Source: Dicyema japonicum
Lineage: Eukaryota; Animalia; Dicyemida
Direction of reading: 5' to 3'
Length of the DNA: 64,000 nucleotides
Assembly (NCBI GenBank): GCA_011109175.1
Contig: RDEW01000008.1
Location: 1,493,447-1,557,446, forward strand
How positions within the stretch are numbered: position 1 is the first letter of the stretch; every line of letters starts with the position of its first letter. Below the pieces are notes generated by a model. The model ran no database searches, was not told the origin of the DNA, and worked only from the letters and a program-made list of their open reading frames with translations. The translations under genes and the position numbers were made by a program. Shown here in pieces: positions 11,641 through 23,873 of the stretch.

Positions 11641-12982
11641 ATTTATTATTTATTGGATTTAATAAATAATAAATAATCCAAAATCACTGTTAAATTCTCA
11701 CTAAATAATCTCAGCTTGGAACGATGCTCTTCACTCGATCAGAAACAAGCTCGTATTATCCAGGAAACTGTCTTTCACGATAAAAGGCGGTCATCATAAT
11801 TAATGACTTCAAAAATACTGGTTACGAGCATTTCTTTCCTGAAAAATAATGTTCCGCAACTCTGAATGCTTTTTCTCGGTAACCGTGATCTTAAAGGAAT
11901 TATTCTAAAAGATGATAGGCCCCACAAGGCACATGTGTAAGAGATGATGGTTCTATGTAATGTTTATATAACCCAAGGACTGGATGGCTTCCGATTTTCT
12001 ATAAGCTGCGAGAAGCAAATGCGGGGGTCTTCAGAAAGCTAGAACGTCCTTCGGACTCCTGGTTTCAGAATTGGTCTGATATAGGTGTGTTCCATATAGC
12101 CAGAATTGTTATTTATTAGTTGACGTGAATATTTTTATTAATAAATCGATTTTCAGTACAAAGAGGTTGTTTAGAAATATTGCTGGGCTTCCCTGAGACC
12201 TGTGGTAGTAAGTAGTTTTTGTATGTCTCAATACCTTTTCCATCTCACTTTTTGTAAAATATATTGATTCTGGTTCTTTCTTTGGTACTTCATGCAGCGA
12301 CTTTTTGTGATCTTTTTACAAGGACAGGCGACTTTTTGTGATCTTTTTTCAAGACATTGACACAGTAAGCAAGTTTTTAGATTTTTTAAATTATTTGGAT
12401 CCATTTTGACAGCTGGTGAAACAAATATCTTAATGCTATTATTGGTCCTCATATATTATTTGGTTTTTAAAAAAACTTACTCTAATTATTGAAAATCTAT
12501 GAAAAAATTTTCCTATGGATCATGATAGACAACTGTGACGCCTTGAATTTGTCGCTTCTGGAAACCGACTGAATCAACTCATTTTTTAGCGTAAAAAATT
12601 ATTTTATTTGACCAGCACTCATAGAGTGACATGTAAAAATAATTCCAGAATCAAATAAATATTCGTTATTGTGATGCAGGGAAGAGAGATCCATTAATTC
12701 AGGAAAAAGAGAGACAACTCCATTAATTAGAGGAAAAGAGAGATCCTTTTAGGATGTCTGTCAGGCATTTAGCGTCTCCTGAGTTAGTTGGATCCCATAA
12801 CGCCTTTAAGGAACTGAAGAACTTTCGACCAAGAAAGTAACAGTGTGGGATTCAACCCCATAGCTAATCTCGAGGCGAGCGACAGAAATAACCACTTTGC
12901 TACACTATTATATATTAACTAGTATATTATTTAATTTATCATAGAAACAATAATTAATAAAAATTCAAGACCAAAATAATGT

Positions 12983-14663
12983 TCACAACAAATAATTATG
13001 AGGTTTAATCCTCCTCATGACACGACGTCCAAATATTGAGTATAATCTGCTGGGAAATGCAAATATCACAAGCACGAACATGAACACCAAAAACACAACC
13101 AAAGGCACTTTGACCCCATGTGTTATCCCACGTGTTGTGCGAGGCGATTCAACAGAGTAGAAAGCAACTAAATAATCGAAAACTTTATTATCATTCCATT
13201 TTCCATTATCACGACAGTCAGGACAGTCGGTAGACGACGGAAACTGGATCTTTTTATACTGAGGATCCTCTGTGGGGGATCCGCTGATTCTCAAATTCAC
13301 AGAATTGTGTGCTCTGTGAAGAAACAGTACGGATGATTCAAACGAAGGTCACATTCTGTGAAATTTCGGAATAAAGTTTGAAAAATGACTGGCACAATCT
13401 CTGCAGACAAAAAATTCCGTTATATATTCGGCAATACTTAAAAGGGGGATGGTGGGATCTGCTAAAAAATTAGTAAAATACTACTCCCAAAAGGGTGGAG
13501 GGCCAAATGGACAGTCATATAGTGAAAAAGAATCCACAATCCACAAGGATATCCTCGGTATTTTGGTTCACTTCCTTTACAATGGATCCAGTCGTGAGAA
13601 GTCATTTGAAACGACTGACATGACAAAACATCACGGAATCCTCTTAAATAATTCATTTTCCGCGATTTAAGTCCCTTCATACAGTTCTGCAAATCTTTGT
13701 CAAAATCAAGAGTCTACGTCAATAGAACTACTACCTTGTCCATGAGGTCAACCATATTCATAAAGACAGTAAACTTGGTTCCCTCCAAAGGCATGTGGTT
13801 AGACACTTCGTTAAAGATCATGTTATGGACTGTCGCCAGAATGTCATCCCTTATTGGGATTTTCCGTTAATGCTAGTACCCCGATTCTCTGAGATCTCAC
13901 TTACACATTTTTTCATCGTAAGCATCGATGGAAGGATGGCACTCAAGCAGTTAAATATGACTTGAAAGAGTCCTCCGTTTCCGGAACGACTACGTAGCCA
14001 TCACCTTTGTTTAATAGCAGGACATGATGATCACCATATTGGTGAAGAACAGTCTCATTAACCACGTGGGCAAATTCGATTTTAGAGTATGACAATCCAA
14101 GCCAGAGCTAACAGATGGATTAACTAAAATACCTTTATAGCCATATTATCATCCTTTAAGGGACTGACATAAACAACTCCCAAAGAATCAGGTAGTTTGG
14201 TGAGTTTTTTCATGGGAGGAACAAAGGAAGGAACCTTGAGTGACATATTTGTCATATGCGATAGGAAGTCAACCTCCAAGTGATCTTTTCTAAGTTCAAA
14301 AATGACGCTTCCAAGAATTAGCTACTTTTAACTAAGGAAAGGTACCTTCACGATGGGGACTGCAGTGATTCCACTACATTCTATTTGGTTTGATTCACAA
14401 TTGTAGAGTTGAAGGATACAAGATGGCTTGAATATTCTATAATAGATGAGTAAGCAACCTGAAGCTTCTTTAACGAAGGCGTTCCAGCGTGGTTCAAATT
14501 CAATACAGGCACCACACCAAGAGATAAAGTAACGGTTCAGTGAGGCGCATGCTGTAAGATTGTTGTTAGGATTTATTTGAAGTGAATTTTCACTTTTTTC
14601 TATTTGGCGCAATTTGGTCATATAGTTAAATAAAGCTAAAAATATGATCTTATCGAGAATCAT
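12983..14663 (-). CDS. QSOX: Sulfhydryl oxidase QSOX (thioredoxin + ERV domains, C-terminal TM); start approximate
   Basis: [13 protein letters not shown]; [24 protein letters not shown]; [12 protein letters not shown]; hydrophobic C-terminal segment. Confidence 0.85.
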
Positions 14664-14849
14664 GTGTTGTACACTTACGTTAATCGTATTATTCAATTTA
14701 CGTTTATTGATTTATTTATTGTTTCAGGATAATTTTATTTAAGTTTTTAAAATAAAAAAATATTTAATATATTTAACAATTAATTTAATTGATAACTTTG
14801 GAAATATCAAACTGCATTTAATAAATTGCTAACCTAATTTCTTTTCGTT

Positions 14850-15358
14850 ATGTCTCAATTTAAGGGGTTTATCATAGATATTTTCGAATATGAACAAATT
14901 AAACAGACCTTATGTGGAATTGATCCTGAGGATATAAGTACTCAAAAGAAGCGGAGATTACGTGAAAAAGCCTTACATTTTCGCTTAGAAACGATAAGCT
15001 TTAAGATTAATTCTGATTTAATTTAGACTTTTCTTGAAAGAAATGACAGAAAAGTTGAAATCAAGTTGGAGTGGGACTAACTACACTAGCCCGGTTAGAG
15101 GTGCCGAAGATTGGAGTTGTTAAGCTCCTTTGCGGCATAGATACTCTGGCTACCTATGCCAAAGGAAGAGATATCAAATGCGGAGAATCCCACTTGTTGC
15201 TAGGATTCAGGAATGAGGACGAAACTTCAGATTTCGAAGCTGAGGTCAATACTAAGGTACCTTTTGGGTCCGGGGCAATAAATTCTTTGTTAAATCTAGC
15301 AATTGATATCTGGTTACCATGGAAACACGTAAAAAACAAGCTGCCCATAGGCATCTAG
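14850..15358 (+). other. Uncharacterised coding-like stretch, possibly an integrase-related fragment
   Basis: Open reading through GIDPEDISTQKKRRLREKALHFRLE and ORF 15071-15358; identity not established. Confidence 0.25.
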
Positions 15359-15919
15359 CCACCCATGTGACATATTATAATTTAGATACGCATGAAATAA
15401 ATTGGAAATGTAGCCATGTGAATGAATAAAATAATTAATTTACCCATTGACTTGTGGAACGTAATAAAAACAAAAAATAGTTAAAAAACAAGAATGTTGC
15501 CATTACTTTTTCCACTAAAAAATCAAGATTTCACTAGAAATTGAGATTCACATTGATAAAAATAACGAATCAATTAAAAAATAATAAACCTTATAGAAAG
15601 CTGTTATTCAAATCTTAAATATTTTTACATTATGTTGAATATGTTATAATCTGTTATTAAAATTATAATTTTGAATTTATATACGGGTTGCCATGACATA
15701 TTTTCCCCACTTATCTAGCCTCAGAAATACGACCTTAACCAAAAAAAAATTTTAATATTAGGAGATAGTCATGATACATTGTGGCTTTAATTAAAAGACC
15801 AACTGAAGGCATTCAAAGTCGTCTCTTTAATGCCGTGATAAACTCTAATGTGGATTATAAAGCATCCTTAGTATGGGTCTAGCAAGGAAATGTAAACCCT
15901 ATTGGGGGGATACTTTTGA

Positions 15920-16350
15920 CTTTGCTACAGGACCGGAACTCTCTGAGGTCATACAGTGCTGTTTCCAAGCTGTAATAAAAAAGAAAAACAGTTGAACTAA
16001 ACACTAACTGCTGCAGTAAGTTTCGCTACGACTATGTGGAGATATAATGAAATGTTATGATGTGTGGCCTATCACATTCGAGAAATCTGCGAACTTATGA
16101 TGTGCAATCTGTTGTTGAGGATGCAAAAGTACAGATAAAGGTAGATACATCAAGACTTCAGTTGCTGTATACACTAAGATAAGTCAGTTATTGTTAGTTC
16201 CATGGGGAATACTTAAATTCATTTTTTCATGTTCCTGCTAAGTCGCCCGATTGTTTCGACAATCTTCAAGTGTTTGGGCCAAGCACTCCAGAAGTCTTGG
16301 CAGAAATCGGATGATTAATTCAATTATTAGGATTCGAAGAGGAACAAGTC
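15920..16350 (+). mobile_element. Degenerate R4/Dong-like RLE C-terminal fragment
   Basis: Broken frames give CSKFRYDY..YNE, YDVQSVVEDAKVQIKVDTS. Confidence 0.45.
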
Positions 16351-17199
16351 AATTATAATAGTGTTGTCTTATTATGTTCAATTAACCAAACGTCCTAGGC
16401 TTTTGAGGTAAGCGTAGACTTCCTGTTTATCCCTCTAGTTTTCTCTACAGCGATTGCACATTATTTAAGATTATAATTTAGGCTCACTAAAATTATCTAG
16501 TCATGCATAAATCATTAACAGAACCAACTGACGAGATAAAGCCCTCCCCGGGAGTTAGCAGACTGTAAACAAAGCTGCTAATCGATAAAATTAAAAATAC
16601 AAAAGTAATCAATAATTGGTGACAAATTTAATTGCATATTCAAGACCAAATAGCCAAGTGGTTAATTAGTCGGAAGGCTGAGGTTGTGACGTACTTCTAT
16701 TGGACCAAATAATGACGATTGGACCGAGTTCCTTGTTAATGATGCATTCCTTGTTATAATGACGATGACGAGGTGATGATCTCAGAAAACAGTGGAAAAA
16801 ATTTCTTAACAAAGGAAGCATCGGGTTCACTTAGGCCTTGGATTCAAATCTCGTCAAATCCAAATTTGAAAGAACTTAGAAGATCACGTGTAGAATTAAC
16901 AAAAGCTATACGTATAAAACGATAGTTTATATGATTCTGAAATTAACTTCACCCAACTAAATTTCTCTATCTAATAGACCGCCAAGTACTCTACTCTCGG
17001 TCCAATTCAAACAGAGAACAATTTTCAACAATTATTTAATTTAGTAATTTTATTTCCAAAAAAAGACGTAGATACTTCCTCTTCAGTTTTAGATTGAAGT
17101 CTTCCCTCAATCATTGAGAACACATTTAAATATTAAGCTTTTATTTCCAAAAAAAAACAAGACGTAAGAGTCCAAGACACAGTGCAATCAACGGGTTAT

Positions 17200-17640
17200 T
17201 GGATGGAGACTAGAGGCGGCCAGATTCCCTGTCGAGTTAGAACCTCTCGGACTGGCCCGCCAACAAAAGGACTGACGGATAATCTCTTCCCATATGAAAG
17301 TGGTAGATACCTCGCTTTGGACACCGCCTATGTGGATTTCCTCTCTCCAACCTTGCTATGATTGCAACTAACCAAGGCTCAGCCTCGGAAAAAGCCGAGG
17401 CCCTAAAGATGAAGAGATACGAATGTCTCGGTGGACAGTTAATTTTTGAACCAGTCGTCGTGGAAACGTCAGGAGTCATATGAAACAGGTTACTGACCCT
17501 GCTAAACAGAATTGAACCGCTTATCGCGAAGAGGAAAATGATAGAAGAGAAAGGAACTGGTTCATTGAGCGCAATTCTTTACAAATCGTCAGGGGAAATG
17601 TGTTCTCAATTCTGAGAGCATCCAATGATTGTTAACTGTT
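17200..17640 (+). mobile_element. CRE-like RLE C-terminal fragment
   Basis: QKRTDG*SLPI; EKAEALKMKRYECLGGQLIFEPVVVETSGV; ends ...VRGNVFSIL. Confidence 0.7.
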
Positions 17641-18199
17641 TGTTTTTGTCAATATACTTATTTGGATATCATAAAATAAAGTAAAGCTGATTTTTAAGGA
17701 AAATATCGAAAAATAAATAATAAATCGATTAAGCATCAATTAATTGGAAATAGCCCATTAAGTCCTCTTCCTCTCAGAGACCACTTTAACTGAACTTCAT
17801 TTTCATTACATGTCGGAAGAAGTTTTTTTGAGCTTCAGTGATTTAAATTAATTTATTAAACAGAAAACACCATCATACCCAGAATGAAAAAAAATTCAGG
17901 TGATCCGGGCTCCCTCAGCATTCTTTGCATGCTCGGACTTGAAGGAAGTGCCGTTTAGGGGGAACTCCTCTGGATTAAGTGGATTATAAAACATTAATCG
18001 TTATAAGAAATCCCACATGAAAGTTAGCAAATATGTAAGGGAATATCAAATAATTATCTGTAATAGATACTCCACGCCTACTGATTAGATATCATAAAAT
18101 TCTAAAACGGTAATTGTAAAAAAAAGAACTGGGTCCACAAATATTGGTTTAAGGTACTGGCCATTTCAGAAATAAGCTAAATATAGCGAGTTCTAGCAT

Positions 18200-18360
18200 G
18201 GACTCATGTGGTTTACCAGCCCTAATAACCTTCATTGGAAGCATAATACATTTCGAAAGAGAACCATTCACTCCCCCTCAGATAACCCCCTGCAACGTGT
18301 CGGGATGACGTGATTAGTTATCTTGGTTTTACCTTGGCATTTCTATTAGGTTATCTAATA
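18200..18360 (+). mobile_element. Mini non-autonomous element: degenerate pseudoknot joined to a LINE 3' tail
   Basis: tcatgtggtttacc...cgaaagagaaccattcactcccc aligns to 3106-3166; followed by cgggatgacgtgattagttatc tail. Confidence 0.55.
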
Positions 18361-18889
18361 CATTTTATCGTTAAATCCAAAGTTTCTAGTACTGTTATAA
18401 AGCCGAAACTATAGATACACAGACTAGATGGCAGCAATTAAAATTAATGCAAGCTAAAAATTATTATGTTTCAGGATTATGAAAAAAATTCAACCTATAC
18501 AAAATTTTATGCTGCTTTGAAAAGACTCAAATATATTGTGAAACAAATACATCTTTCAAATGAAGGACATCGTCAAGAGAGCGACTTTTCAGCATTTAGC
18601 GATATAAGAGGAATCACGGTAATAGATTTGCTAACATTGAGACTGAAGCTTTGCGTGAAGTTGTTAGTGATTTCAAATTGATCGACAAAATGTTTGCTAT
18701 TTTTATAATTTTTAGTACCTTAAAACGCATAAAACGGATCAGAAGAAAATACACGAGAGTCTGATTATTCAAGTGATTAGATTTTTTAATTTTTGACGTT
18801 ATCTGAATATGACATTATTTTATTCATTCACAGAACACCAGGAAATATCGAGAAAAAAGTTAATAGTTAACGGCTAATTAAATCCGACG

Positions 18890-19620
18890 CGTTCAACCTC
18901 CTCAAGCGTGACCACGTGATGGACTTATGCGTTTATAGGACACGTGAAATTTCCAAATTTGTCAATTTTGCTTACGGATCGAAAAGTTCGCTTGTCTTAG
19001 GAGATCACATTGTTGATTATTGTATGGTGACTGGTGTGTATCAAGGTGACCATCTTGGACCTCTACTCTTCTCACTTACTATTGACCACGTTATTCAGAT
19101 CTCGCTTTGCTAAATTCGAAGAGGAACAAGTTAATATGGTAACTATACGATGGATAGATTCTTTATCTCCCAAATGGACTAAGATGAAATTTTATTTGAA
19201 AAACGCTAAAAGAACTTGGAAGGTCCGCAGATGTCCATCGCCGCGAATGTCTGAATGCAACGTCCACTGAGAATTCTGGCTCCTGACTCGATTCCTTAGT
19301 TGTTACTCTGCTGAATTGGAAATAATTCTTGTTGGAGTTTCTCTTCGGCTAGGCATAAATGTTTGCTTGGAACATCGATGCCGATGCGGTGGGATGGTTG
19401 ACAGGAAAGTACAACATCCACTATCATGCAGATGGAGCGCTGCCACGTCATTCTAAACTCAACTGTCATGAGAGTTATCTAAGACTTGTCATCTGGAACC
19501 TGTCGGACTTGTCAGAGGTGATGGCAAGAGGCAGGATGGCGTAAAGACCATGACGCGATCCAAGGAAATGCCTCGGCCTATACAGGTAGGTTCCCCGTGC
19601 CATTGCCAATGTTAACTCTC
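18890..19620 (+). mobile_element. CRE-like RT and zinc-knuckle fragments
   Basis: TGVYQGDHLGPLLFSL; LRLGINVCLEHRCRCGG. Confidence 0.6.
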
Positions 19621-19929
19621 CCGTTAATTACCCATCAACCACGGACCCTGAAACATTCCTACGTCTCATCTCTGAATTAAGTTCTTCATGGACTATCTCT
19701 GTGAAGATTCCCAAGGCCGTACGACCTGTTGCTGCAGAGGCCCTTTCCAAAACGACCGAAGATGCCCTCCGGACTAACGCAGTACATGATTGGATGCGCT
19801 TTTCAGTTTTGCGCCTTCCGCACTGGGACTTGATCGAGATGGTCACTGAAAGAAGTATCTCGCTACCACCATAAGGACCAACATTCGTTCTTTTTTGGGA
19901 GGCATCCACATCCCCAGTTGTCCATGGCT

Positions 19930-21350
19930 TCTAACCGTACGAGGGAGACACGTAGTCATAATGAGGAAGTCGAAGTGCTCCGTCTCAAGAGAACTGTCCG
20001 TTCGAAGTTAATCGAAGATGGCACCGCGCAGCTATCAGGACACTTTCCTCGAGTGGATCACGAAAACCGACTCTAGACGTTTCCAATATTTTACTGAACA
20101 AGTATCCACTGCCACCTCAAAACATACCGCCAAGTCGCTCCCCATCCGGAGTGAGATAAATGCAATGGAAAGAGCTATACGTGAAAAACGACTGTTACTC
20201 GGAGAGACTCTGAACCGCTTGTGTCTACTTGATATGCATACAGCATTATTCCTCCTGAAAAAACAGTCTCAACGTACAGAGGCTTACATATGTCCTGAGG
20301 ACTGCTCCCTATTTCACCCTGTATGACTCACTCGCACAGATTAACGAGATCTTCCGATCGACAGCGGAACGTATCTTCAACGTCCGGTTCGAGGATTACT
20401 CATGGAAGCAAGCCACACTGCCAGCGAGACTCGGAGGACTTGGAATTTGGAACCCTGTGGACCTTTCTCTCCCTTCATACCTATCATCGCTAGTGGACTA
20501 CACTCCCTACCCGAATTCTCAATTGACAAGACATAACCGCACGAGAATGCCACCAACCTCCCCCTGCCTCCTTCACAAGACTGCCAGCGAAACCTGGACA
20601 ATTTATTGTGCTGGAAATCATTTGGACTCTAACTGGAATCAGCCAATCAGCACCGACGCGCTTGTTTGCTTTCGCGGGCTTCTCCTGAGAGCGGAGCTTT
20701 GCTAAACGCCATCCCAAATGAAGCTCTGGGCACTTTTTGGATAATGAATGCGTTAGAAGTGGTATCTCTCTGCGGCTGGGACTGAAAGTATGTGTACCTC
20801 ATCCGTGCCAATGTGGCATCCTGATAGATTGTTATGGCCTGCACCCTCTCGCCTGCAAGAGCAGCGCTGCCAGATCTCCAAGGCACAAGGCTCTGAATGA
20901 GATTGTCAAGCGGGCTGTGGATGCTGCTGGATACTCGGTCATTCTTGAACCGGTCGGGTTATGCAGAAGTGGCGGAAACGACGGGGATGACCATATTTCC
21001 CTTTGAGGCTGAGAAACAACTTGTTTGGGACGTGACATGTACAGACACGCTCGCCCCGAACAATCTTCACGAGTGCGCTTCAAGGCCATGCTCTGCAGCC
21101 GTCAAGGGAGAGAAGGCTAAACTCGAAAAATATGGCGACCATCCCGATAATGTCCAATTTGTTCCCCTTACTATGGAGATTTCCGGATCCTACTCCCCTT
21201 CTACACTTGAGTTTTTCGGATGTCTTGGAAACCGGATCACCTCATGCACTGGAGATCTCCGCGAACGCCGCTGGCTGTTTGAGCGAATTTCGCTTGCAAT
21301 TCTGAGAGGGAACAGCCACGCAGTGAGGGCGGCAGCTAGCTAATGTTTTG
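19930..21350 (+). mobile_element. CRE-like element 3' half (RT end, zinc knuckle, RLE)
   Basis: LRLGLKVCVPHPCQCG..GLHPLACK..RHKALNEIVKRA; LVWDVTCTDTLAP; RWLFERISLAILRGNSHAV*. Confidence 0.85.
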
Positions 21351-21399
21351 TCTTTTTTTTGCTTATAGACATCCAATTGATTTAAAAATTAAAGATGGT

Positions 21400-22480
21400 A
21401 CAAAAAGTCATAGCAATGAAGTGGACATTAAAAGCCCTCGAAGAAATCGAAAAATGTAAAAAGTGGCACTAAAATATTCAAAAGCATCCGAATCCTCAAC
21501 CAGGAAAACTACGAAATGACATCATTGTTCATAAAAAAAGTGAATCAGTTCAATAAGATAATTCGAGACTTGTCACTTTAAAGGCCAGTCACGAAGAAAC
21601 TAAGAAGGCAGTCACAAACCTTAATAAAGGAAGATCCATATGACCGGATAATGTCTTAGCTGAGTTATTAAAACATGGCACGCCTGAGTTAGCGAAAACA
21701 ATAACCAAAATTTTTCAATATTTTCATAAAAACAGGCTTTTGCGAATATCTGGGAAAAGGTCTTCTACTTCCTTTGCATAAAATAGGAAACAAAATGGCC
21801 CTCTACTACATAACCTAAGGCCAATAATTATCTCTTATCTGTCTTAGCAGAATAAGAGATAAATTTGAAAAGTTTTTCTCGCCTAGTCACTGCGGCTTCC
21901 ATATTGGAATATCTACGGAGGATGTAATCTGGAGCCATCAATGGATTTCTGAACTTTGCCAGAAATACCAAAGAACGACATATATCCTCGGTTTAGACAT
22001 TTTACGGGCTTTTGATGCCGTAAACAGAGATAAACTTATGATGGTTCTTAAGATATTTTGGACAAGGACGAACTCAAGATTATCCGTCTGTGAAAATAAA
22101 GAACGTTCAGCAATAAACCCTTTCGTACAACATGTGCTGTCCCTCAATTCACTTTTGACTGTCTCATTTATTATCTCGGATCCACTCTTTAAAAATTCGG
22201 GAAAACAATAAGAAGCTGATCTTCAGAATATGCGGATGATATTGACTTTATTTTAGATGATGATCACATCCTTCAGCTCATTATCCAGAGAAATCTTTCG
22301 ATATTTGAAAAATAGTTACTAATCGTCAAACCAGAAAAAAACGAACTATATCAAGATCAATCGTGTAGAGACGAAATCAGATAGCGTTTGAGACGCAAGA
22401 AGTTAGGATCACTGTTAGCAAATTCAAATGAGTAATATATAGAAAAAATTTTAGCGTCAGTTACGTTAAAAAACTGCGGT
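21400..22480 (+). mobile_element. Degenerate RTE-like RT region
   Basis: Broken frames similar to 25387-26322 (AELLKHG, LRPII, LGLDILRAFDAVNR, YADDIDFI). Confidence 0.65.
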
Positions 22481-22539
22481 CATTATTTCAGAAAGAAAAA
22501 TACTCAGAACAAGAATGAGGTTTTAAAACTGGGTGTGAG

Positions 22540-23360
22540 GACGATGTACGATCTATATGTACTTCGATAACCCCAAACAAGTTTTGTAAACTATTTTTTA
22601 ATAAAAACAATTTATTTAACGGGATCTTCCGTTCGACAGCGGAGTTTGTCTTCAACGTACGGTTACTCAGGGAAGCAAGCCACACAGCCGGTGAGACTCA
22701 GAGGGCTTGGAATTCACAACCCTGTAGACATTTCTCTCCTCTCGTCGCTAATGGCCTGTAACACGTTTTTCAAAAGGATTATACACTCCCTCCCTGAATT
22801 TTCTACTGACCAGGAGGCTGGTCATGTTTGTGAGACCTAGATCTGTACCTATCAGTATTCCATACCTTCCATATTCTCTTAGCGAGGTCTGGACGGTGCT
22901 GTATGCCGGAATTTATTTGAAGATCTGCTGGTGTCATCTAACTAACATCGCCGGGCCTGTTTGTTGTTGGGGTCTTTTCAGGCGTGGCGGAAACGACCAG
23001 ATGGGATGACCATCTTCCTTTTTGAAGTAAGGAAACCTCTAGTCTGGGACGTCACCTTCACCTGCACGTTTGCCCTTGAGCCTACTCCACAGTGCCTCTG
23101 GAGCCTGTTCTACCACTGAGAGGCTGAGAAGTTGAAACGGTTAAAGTACACAGTCCTACCAAATGATTTTTGTTCGTTCCACTCGCAGTTGAGACGTCTG
23201 GTTCCGTTGCGCCTGCGATGCTTGAATTCTTAAGGCGTCTAGGGAATCGGATTTCTACATGATCAGATGACCCTTGTGAGCGCTGCTGGTTATTTGAATT
23301 TCGCTCGTCATCCTGAGAGGGAATAGCCACGCATTCAGGGCGGCCGCTATATGACAATTT
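22540..23360 (+). mobile_element. Degenerate CRE-like 3' half
   Basis: ATQPVRLRGLGIHNPVD; GMTIFLFEVRKPLVWDVT; similar to 20380-21343. Confidence 0.7.
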
Positions 23361-23873
23361 GCTCAAATTTTCCGTAATAAATTATTCATTTAAAAAATAA
23401 CTACGTAACAAAACGGTGAACATAATCCAGCTAAAATAATTGAGTGGGTGTTTCCCCTGACAACTTTCAGAAAAATTTGGAAACAGCCACTCGGTTTCCC
23501 GATCTTAGAAAAGAGACTGTCTTGGAGTCAAAAACTCCGCTCGTCTCGACAACAGCGGACTGTACATAGAAACTATTATTTTTCAACTTACGCGAGAAAA
23601 TGTCGGATTCATGAAAGGCCTTATTGATACAGAAGTCAGTAGATGAAATAGAAAATCAGATATTTTTACAGTACTGGTGCTTTCTAAGAAAAACGATGGG
23701 ATTCACAAAAAACTATTTTTGCAGATACAAATGTGCCGTATATGCTGCAGATCAAATCTCTCATAGAATTCTTATATTGTTTTCTGCAGACAGACAAACC
23801 GAGAGTAGCATTCTTACATTGTCTTATGCAGACAAATTGATGACGTCAGGCTAGTTTTTGGTGAGGTGGTGAC

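Noticed and set aside
12296-12750. Short direct repeats (gcgactttttgtgatc x2; gagagatccattaatt x2-3) as a CRISPR-like array
   Set aside because: Only 2-3 degenerate units, no unique spacers, eukaryotic context
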